Shown here one piece after another: positions 59,544-64,000 of a DNA stretch of 64,000 bases. The stretch's first letter is position 1; each line of letters starts with the position of its first letter. Made by a program: the position numbers and the translations under genes. The notes under the pieces were generated by a model that was given only the letters and a program-made list of their open reading frames with translations, was not told the DNA's origin and searched no databases. Source of the DNA: Candidatus Omnitrophota bacterium (GTDB lineage Bacteria > Omnitrophota > Gorgyraeia > Zapsychrales > JBDRMG01); assembly GCA_043812495.1 (NCBI GenBank), contig JBDRMG010000016.1, positions 2,137 through 66,136 on the forward strand, read 5' to 3'.

Positions 59544-60536
59544 TCAATGTTTCATCCAAGGCATCATATCTCGTAATTGACGCCCCACGTCTTCGATTTT
59601 GTGCTGGTCGGCTTCTTCGCGCCATTTGGTCAGATTGGGCCGGCCTTTTTTATTTTCGCGAATCCATTCGCGCGCAAATTTCCCTGATTGAACATCGGCA
59701 AGCATCTTTTTCATGATCTTGCGCGTCTTATCGTTGATCACTTTCTTACCGCGGGAAAAGTCTCCGTATTCCGCTGTATCCGAAACACGTTTGCGCATCC
59801 CTTGAATACCGACTTCATAGATAAGATCCGTGATTAATTTTAACTCATGCAGGCATTCAAAATAAGCGATCTCGGGCTGATAGCCGGCTTCCACAAGCGT
59901 ATCGAATCCGGCCTTGATCAATTCGCTCACGCCGCCGCAGAGAACCGCTTGCTCGCCAAAAAGATCAGTTTCTGTTTCTTCTTTGAAGGTCGTTTCGATC
60001 ACGCCAGCCCTTGTGCCGCCGATTCCTTTGGCGTAAGCCAAGGCTTTTTGCAAAGCTTTGCCCGAGGCATCCTGATGAATGGCCACTAGGCAAGGAACGC
60101 CTTTGCCTTCCTCATACTGACGACGGACCAAAGCGCCGGGACCTTTGGGCGCGATCATAAAAACATCCACATCCGCCGGAGGATCAATCTGCCCAAAGTG
60201 AATGTTAAACCCATGGGAGAACATAATGGATTTTCCGCTTTTTAAATGCCGTCGGATGGATTTCTTATAAACCATGGCCTGGATATGGTCCTGCGTGAGG
60301 ATCTGAATAATATCGGCATTCTTGGCAGCGGTATTGGCATCCACCGGATCAAAACCGTCTTGTTTGGCCATCTCATAATTGGGTGTTCCCTCAAGTTCGC
60401 TGACGATAACTTTCAAACCGCTATCGCGCAGATTCAAGGCCTGGCCGCGACCTTGAATTCCATATCCCACAATCGCAATCGTTTGATCGTTGAGAATATT
60501 CGAATCAGCATCTTTGTCATAATAAATTTTTGCCAT
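59544..60536 (-). CDS. ilvC: Ketol-acid reductoisomerase
   Basis: [11 protein letters not shown]-terminal motif and the class I KARI core, 330 aa. Confidence 0.95.
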   Translation of the reverse strand: MAKIYYDKDADSNILNDQTIAIVGYGIQGRGQALNLRDSGLKVIVSELEGTPNYEMAKQDGFDPVDANTAAKNADIIQILTQDHIQAMVYKKSIRRHLKSGKSIMFSHGFNIHFGQIDPPADVDVFMIAPKGPGALVRRQYEEGKGVPCLVAIHQDASGKALQKALAYAKGIGGTRAGVIETTFKEETETDLFGEQAVLCGGVSELIKAGFDTLVEAGYQPEIAYFECLHELKLITDLIYEVGIQGMRKRVSDTAEYGDFSRGKKVINDKTRKIMKKMLADVQSGKFAREWIRENKKGRPNLTKWREEADQHKIEDVGRQLRDMMPWMKH

Positions 60537-60556
60537 AATGAAACCTCCTTCAATGA

Positions 60557-60603
60557 CGACACAACTTATGGAGTCCGAAGGACGACATAAGTTGTGCGTC
60601 GGG
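60557..60603 (-). promoter_or_regulatory. Leader hairpin with CCGAAGG-containing loop immediately upstream of the ilvC RBS
   Basis: CGACACAACTTATG/gagtccgaaggacga/CATAAGTTGTGCGTCG. It sits in the same position and has the same loop motif as the clpP leader hairpin. Confidence 0.5.
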
Positions 60604-60606
60604 ATT

Positions 60607-60721
60607 GAACCCCCACGCCAATTTTCCTGAAATACTAAAACTTAACCTAATATTGCTATTATTTTCAAACTACATATAAATATTCTCCCCACATAATAAA
60701 AATTGGTGTGGGGGTAAATTC
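60607..60721. repeat. Copy B of the MITE-like composite element (arms GAACCCCCACGCCAATTTT ... AAAATTGGTGTGGGGGTAAATTC)
   Basis: The inverted-repeat arms share their core with copy A at 23061..23184. The ~72-bp interior is AT-rich. Confidence 0.7.
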
Positions 60722-60726
60722 AGCCT

Positions 60727-60769
60727 ATGACTTAGCTCCCCCGATGATACATCGGGGGAGCTAAGTCAT
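60727..60769 (-). terminator. Perfect 19-20 bp hairpin (ATGACTTAGCTCCCCCGAT g ata c ATCGGGGGAGCTAAGTCAT) abutting the fba stop
   Basis: A perfect palindrome seen in the sequence, with no U-tract. Confidence 0.5.
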
Positions 60770-60777
60770 GGCTTCAT

Positions 60778-62094
60778 TTAATCGTCTCCCTCACCGTCTA
60801 GAACAGCTTTCGATGATTTGATGCCCAATTTAAAATCCTTGGGCTGGATAAAATCCTCAACGGTCTTCTTGGTGTCATTCACTCTCAGTTGCTTGAAGAG
60901 AAAATCGAATTTTGACTCGATCTCTTGCGCAATACCTTCTTTGATTTCTTCGGGAAGCTCCATAATCTCTCTTTTAAAAGGACCCAGGGCTTTCTTGCGT
61001 GTCTTGTAAATAAACTGATCTTCCGTCTGCCCGTCTTTCATTTCTTTAGCGCAATTCTTTTTCAACCATGCATACATCTTATCTTTGAGTTCCTTCGGAA
61101 AAATCGTGCTATCGAACATCATGTTCTGAAAGTTTGTCGCCAGATGAACTTCCAGTGTTTCGTTGTCGGGTAATTTTCCGAAAGCCGCCGGAGGCAAGGT
61201 GGACGCTCCATGCTGAACCGTTCCGCCCAAATGATAATTTTCCCGTCCATACTTTGCAAGATTTTTAAGGACATCGAAATCGACTTTGACCTGCGCAATC
61301 GAGCCATCCGGTAGAACAACGCCTCCGTGCGAGGTTCCTGTCTGAACGCTGATTTTGCTGATTCCCTCCATTCCCGGAGGAAGGCTGTCTAAGTAGCCGT
61401 CCATATAGGCCTTGAGTTCCTTAATGTTAGAATTCTTTCCGCCCACTTCGCCGATTTCACCGCCGACGGATACCACAATGCCCTCGGGCTGAACCTTGCG
61501 AATGTATTTGGTCAATTCGGCGCATACCTCAAAATTGTCTCTTTGTTGTTCCAGGATTTCCTTTCTCTCCAAATCAACAACGGTAGAGCTGTCGATATCG
61601 ATATTGAGGAAACCGGCTCCCACGGCATCGTCAATGAGATGTTTTAAACCGTTGACTTCTTTTTCGCGATCCACAGCAAACATTTTAGCATTGAGCTGAA
61701 AATGATCCCCTTGGATAAAAACAGGACCGCTGTATTCCTCTTTAATGGCGGCCGCCAGAATAACGCCCGTGTATTCCATGGGCGGTTGATCGGTGTAGCC
61801 CATTTCGGATTTGGCAATCTCAAAGATAAAGGCCCCGGCATTGTTTTTCTTGGCAACACGGAAGATCGCCCTCGCTAAATAATAGGTCAAATTTCTCAGA
61901 TTGATTGCCGGCACTGTAAAACCAGAAACTTTGCCTTCTCCTACCGCTTTGTACAAATCATGAATCGAGGCAAGAAAAATACCCTTCTCTTTAGCCATCG
62001 CTTGAATTTGATTTGTGATTTTCTGCTTTTTTTCGGCGCTCTCGGTCATGATGAGATCTTTTGCGATTTGATCAATATCCTTTTTGCTTGTCAT
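60778..62094 (-). CDS. fba: Fructose-bisphosphate aldolase, class II (long form)
   Basis: 438 aa with class II aldolase metal-binding His context (GDHFQ, TSHGG). Confidence 0.8.
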   Translation of the reverse strand: MTSKKDIDQIAKDLIMTESAEKKQKITNQIQAMAKEKGIFLASIHDLYKAVGEGKVSGFTVPAINLRNLTYYLARAIFRVAKKNNAGAFIFEIAKSEMGYTDQPPMEYTGVILAAAIKEEYSGPVFIQGDHFQLNAKMFAVDREKEVNGLKHLIDDAVGAGFLNIDIDSSTVVDLERKEILEQQRDNFEVCAELTKYIRKVQPEGIVVSVGGEIGEVGGKNSNIKELKAYMDGYLDSLPPGMEGISKISVQTGTSHGGVVLPDGSIAQVKVDFDVLKNLAKYGRENYHLGGTVQHGASTLPPAAFGKLPDNETLEVHLATNFQNMMFDSTIFPKELKDKMYAWLKKNCAKEMKDGQTEDQFIYKTRKKALGPFKREIMELPEEIKEGIAQEIESKFDFLFKQLRVNDTKKTVEDFIQPKDFKLGIKSSKAVLDGEGDD

Positions 62095-62146
62095 TTGAGT
62101 ATCCTCTGTTTGTTGATTGGTGAAAAAAATGCGTAAGCCGATGAAT

Positions 62147-63403
62147 TTATGTACCTATCTCCCAGCTCGATAAATATTTTGTTTGCTCGGCTGTGAGCGT
62201 ATCAATCTTAATGCCAAGGCACTCCAGCTTAAGCTTGGCGATCATGCGATCGATTTTTTCCGGAACGCAGTAAACTTTTTTCTCTAATTTTTCGTAATTC
62301 TTGGCCACATACTCTGCGCTCAGCGCTTGATTCGCAAAACTCATATCCATGACAGAGGCCGGATGACCTTCTCCGGCGGCCAGGTTAATGAGCCGTCCCT
62401 CTCCTAATAAATAGATACATCGGCCGTTTTTTAAAGTAAATTCTTCGACAAAATCACGAATTAACCGTCTTGATTTTGTGATTGTTTTTAGCCCATCAAG
62501 GTCCAGTTCCGCATCAAAATGACCGGCATTGGCCATGATTGCGCCATCTTTCATCAAAAGCATATGTTCGCTCCTAATGACATTCAGATCGCCGGTCACT
62601 GTGACAAAAATGTCTCCTTGTTGTGCCGCTTCTTTAATCGGCATAACTTCATATCCGTCCATATTGGCTTCAAGGGCTCTTAAAGGATCAGTTTCCGTAA
62701 CAATAACGCGCGCACCCATTCCATTAGCCCGCATGGCTGTTCCGCGACCGCACCATCCGTAACCGCAAACGACAAAAACAGATCCAGCCATCAGTCGATT
62801 GGTGGCGCGAATGATTCCATCCACCGTGGATTGTCCTGTCCCGTAACGATTATCAAAAAAATGTTTTGTCATGGCTTCATTGACAGCGACGATAGGATAC
62901 ATGAGTAATCCTTGGGCTTCCAGGCTTTTTAGCCGGATGACTCCTGTCGTTGTCTCTTCTGTCCCAGCCCAAATATTTTTGGCTAAATTTTTTCTTTTGC
63001 CATGCACTTCGGAAACCAAATCTGCTCCGTCATCCATTGTGATGTTGGGTTTGGGATCCAGAACAGCATTGAGATGCTGATAGTAGGTCTTTGTGTCTTC
63101 ACCCTTAATCGCAAAAACAGGTATTCCAAAATCTTTGACAAGGGAAGCGGCCACGTCATCTTGGGTAGATAATGGATTGGAGGCGCAGACATAGGTCTTG
63201 GCTCCTCCGGCCTTAAGCACGCGAGCCAAATTTCCCGTTTCTGTTGTCACATGCAAACAGCAAGCAACGGTCGCTCCTTTTAAGGGTTTTTCTTTCTTAA
63301 ATCTTTTTTCAATACTATGTAAAACGGGCATATCCCTACCCGCCCATTCAATGCGCAGTTTTCCTTTCTTTGCCAATGCCAGATTTTTAACATCATATTT
63401 CAT
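62147..63403 (-). CDS. ahcY: Adenosylhomocysteinase
   Basis: NAD-binding GYGWCGRG motif and an AhcY C-terminus, 418 aa. Confidence 0.93.
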   Translation of the reverse strand: MKYDVKNLALAKKGKLRIEWAGRDMPVLHSIEKRFKKEKPLKGATVACCLHVTTETGNLARVLKAGGAKTYVCASNPLSTQDDVAASLVKDFGIPVFAIKGEDTKTYYQHLNAVLDPKPNITMDDGADLVSEVHGKRKNLAKNIWAGTEETTTGVIRLKSLEAQGLLMYPIVAVNEAMTKHFFDNRYGTGQSTVDGIIRATNRLMAGSVFVVCGYGWCGRGTAMRANGMGARVIVTETDPLRALEANMDGYEVMPIKEAAQQGDIFVTVTGDLNVIRSEHMLLMKDGAIMANAGHFDAELDLDGLKTITKSRRLIRDFVEEFTLKNGRCIYLLGEGRLINLAAGEGHPASVMDMSFANQALSAEYVAKNYEKLEKKVYCVPEKIDRMIAKLKLECLGIKIDTLTAEQTKYLSSWEIGT

Positions 63404-63406
63404 GAA

Positions 63407-64000
63407 TTATGCATCCTTTCGCAATTTCTCGGCTTTGTCTGTCTTCTCCCAGGTAAATTCTTTACGGCCCAAATGTCCGTAGGCGGCAGTCTTCTGATAA
63501 ATCGGCCGCAATAATTTCAGTTCTTTGATGATCCCTTGCGGCGTCAGTTGAAAATGCTTTTTCACCAGATGGACTAATTTCTGCTCGGAAACTTTTCCCG
63601 TTCCAAACGTATCGATCACAAGGCCGACAGGTTCGGCCTTGCCGATGCAATAGCCGAGCTGAACCCAGCATTTTGTTGCTAATTTGGCCGCAACAATGTT
63701 CTTAGCGATATAGCGTGCCATGTACGTGGCCGAACGATCGACCTTGGAAGGATCTTTGCCCGAAAAAGCCCCGCCGCCGTGAGACACAATGCCGCCATAG
63801 GTATCTACGATAATTTTTCTTCCCGTCATCCCCGTATCGGATTGGGGTCCGCCCACAACGAATTTTCCTGTTTGATTGACGTAAAATTTTGTTTTTCTGT
63901 CGATCATCTTGCCCAAAACAGGAGTAGCCACTGTCCTGATAATTTCTTGCCGTGCTTTGTTCGTAATCTTCTTGCCTGTTTTGTCTAAGATATCCGCTGT
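63407..64000 (-). CDS. metK: S-adenosylmethionine synthetase, C-terminal part. The gene starts beyond the window end.
   Basis: [31 protein letters not shown]. The upstream reading frame continues through ...[10 protein letters not shown] to the window edge. Confidence 0.9.
   Translation of the reverse strand, partial: TADILDKTGKKITNKARQEIIRTVATPVLGKMIDRKTKFYVNQTGKFVVGGPQSDTGMTGRKIIVDTYGGIVSHGGGAFSGKDPSKVDRSATYMARYIAKNIVAAKLATKCWVQLGYCIGKAEPVGLVIDTFGTGKVSEQKLVHLVKKHFQLTPQGIIKELKLLRPIYQKTAAYGHLGRKEFTWEKTDKAEKLRKDA

Overview
In this 64-kb window every gene I can support, about 55 of them, lies on the minus strand. The content is core chromosome of a Gram-negative, LPS-making bacterium. Running from low to high coordinates:

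- tgt (partial) and queA, then a SpoIID/LytB-like protein.
- ruvB-scpA-trpS-infB-nusA-rimP with 4-nt overlaps, then proS.
- An orphan CpaF/TadA-like ATPase, then rseP-dxr-cdsA-uppS.
- A coiled-coil protein, an OmpA-like lipoprotein and purA.
- serA with a class V aminotransferase, then clpP and a short trigger factor that lacks the PPIase domain.
- The LPS block lptB, lptA/C, kdsC, kdsD, kdsA, kdsB and a heptose kinase (hldE domain I).
- A roughly 10.7-kb region at 29.7-40.4 kb that looks inserted: a degenerate remnant of a giant gene's 3' end, a HEPN/MNT toxin-antitoxin pair with its own promoter, a 2405-aa giant secreted protein, and a DUF4143 AAA ATPase.
- The LPS core and lipid A block resumes: four GT9 heptosyltransferase domains, GT4 genes, an LpxL-ELM1 fusion, lpxK and waaA.
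- xerC-topA-dprA-aroK, a prepilin peptidase, aroE, leuA, a small SAM methyltransferase, ilvC, class II fba, ahcY and metK (partial).

The giant protein is the main candidate for something new. It carries an M48-like HExxH metalloprotease motif and a C-terminal ABC1/UbiB-type atypical kinase domain behind a cleavable signal peptide.

I saw no rRNA, tRNA or CRISPR array. The noncoding highlights are a two-copy composite inverted-repeat element in the leaders of clpP and ilvC, a palindrome-rich 380-bp spacer between purA and serA, and many GC-stem/AT-loop hairpins at gene ends.

All calls come from reading translated ORFs and the sequence by eye. No searches were run.
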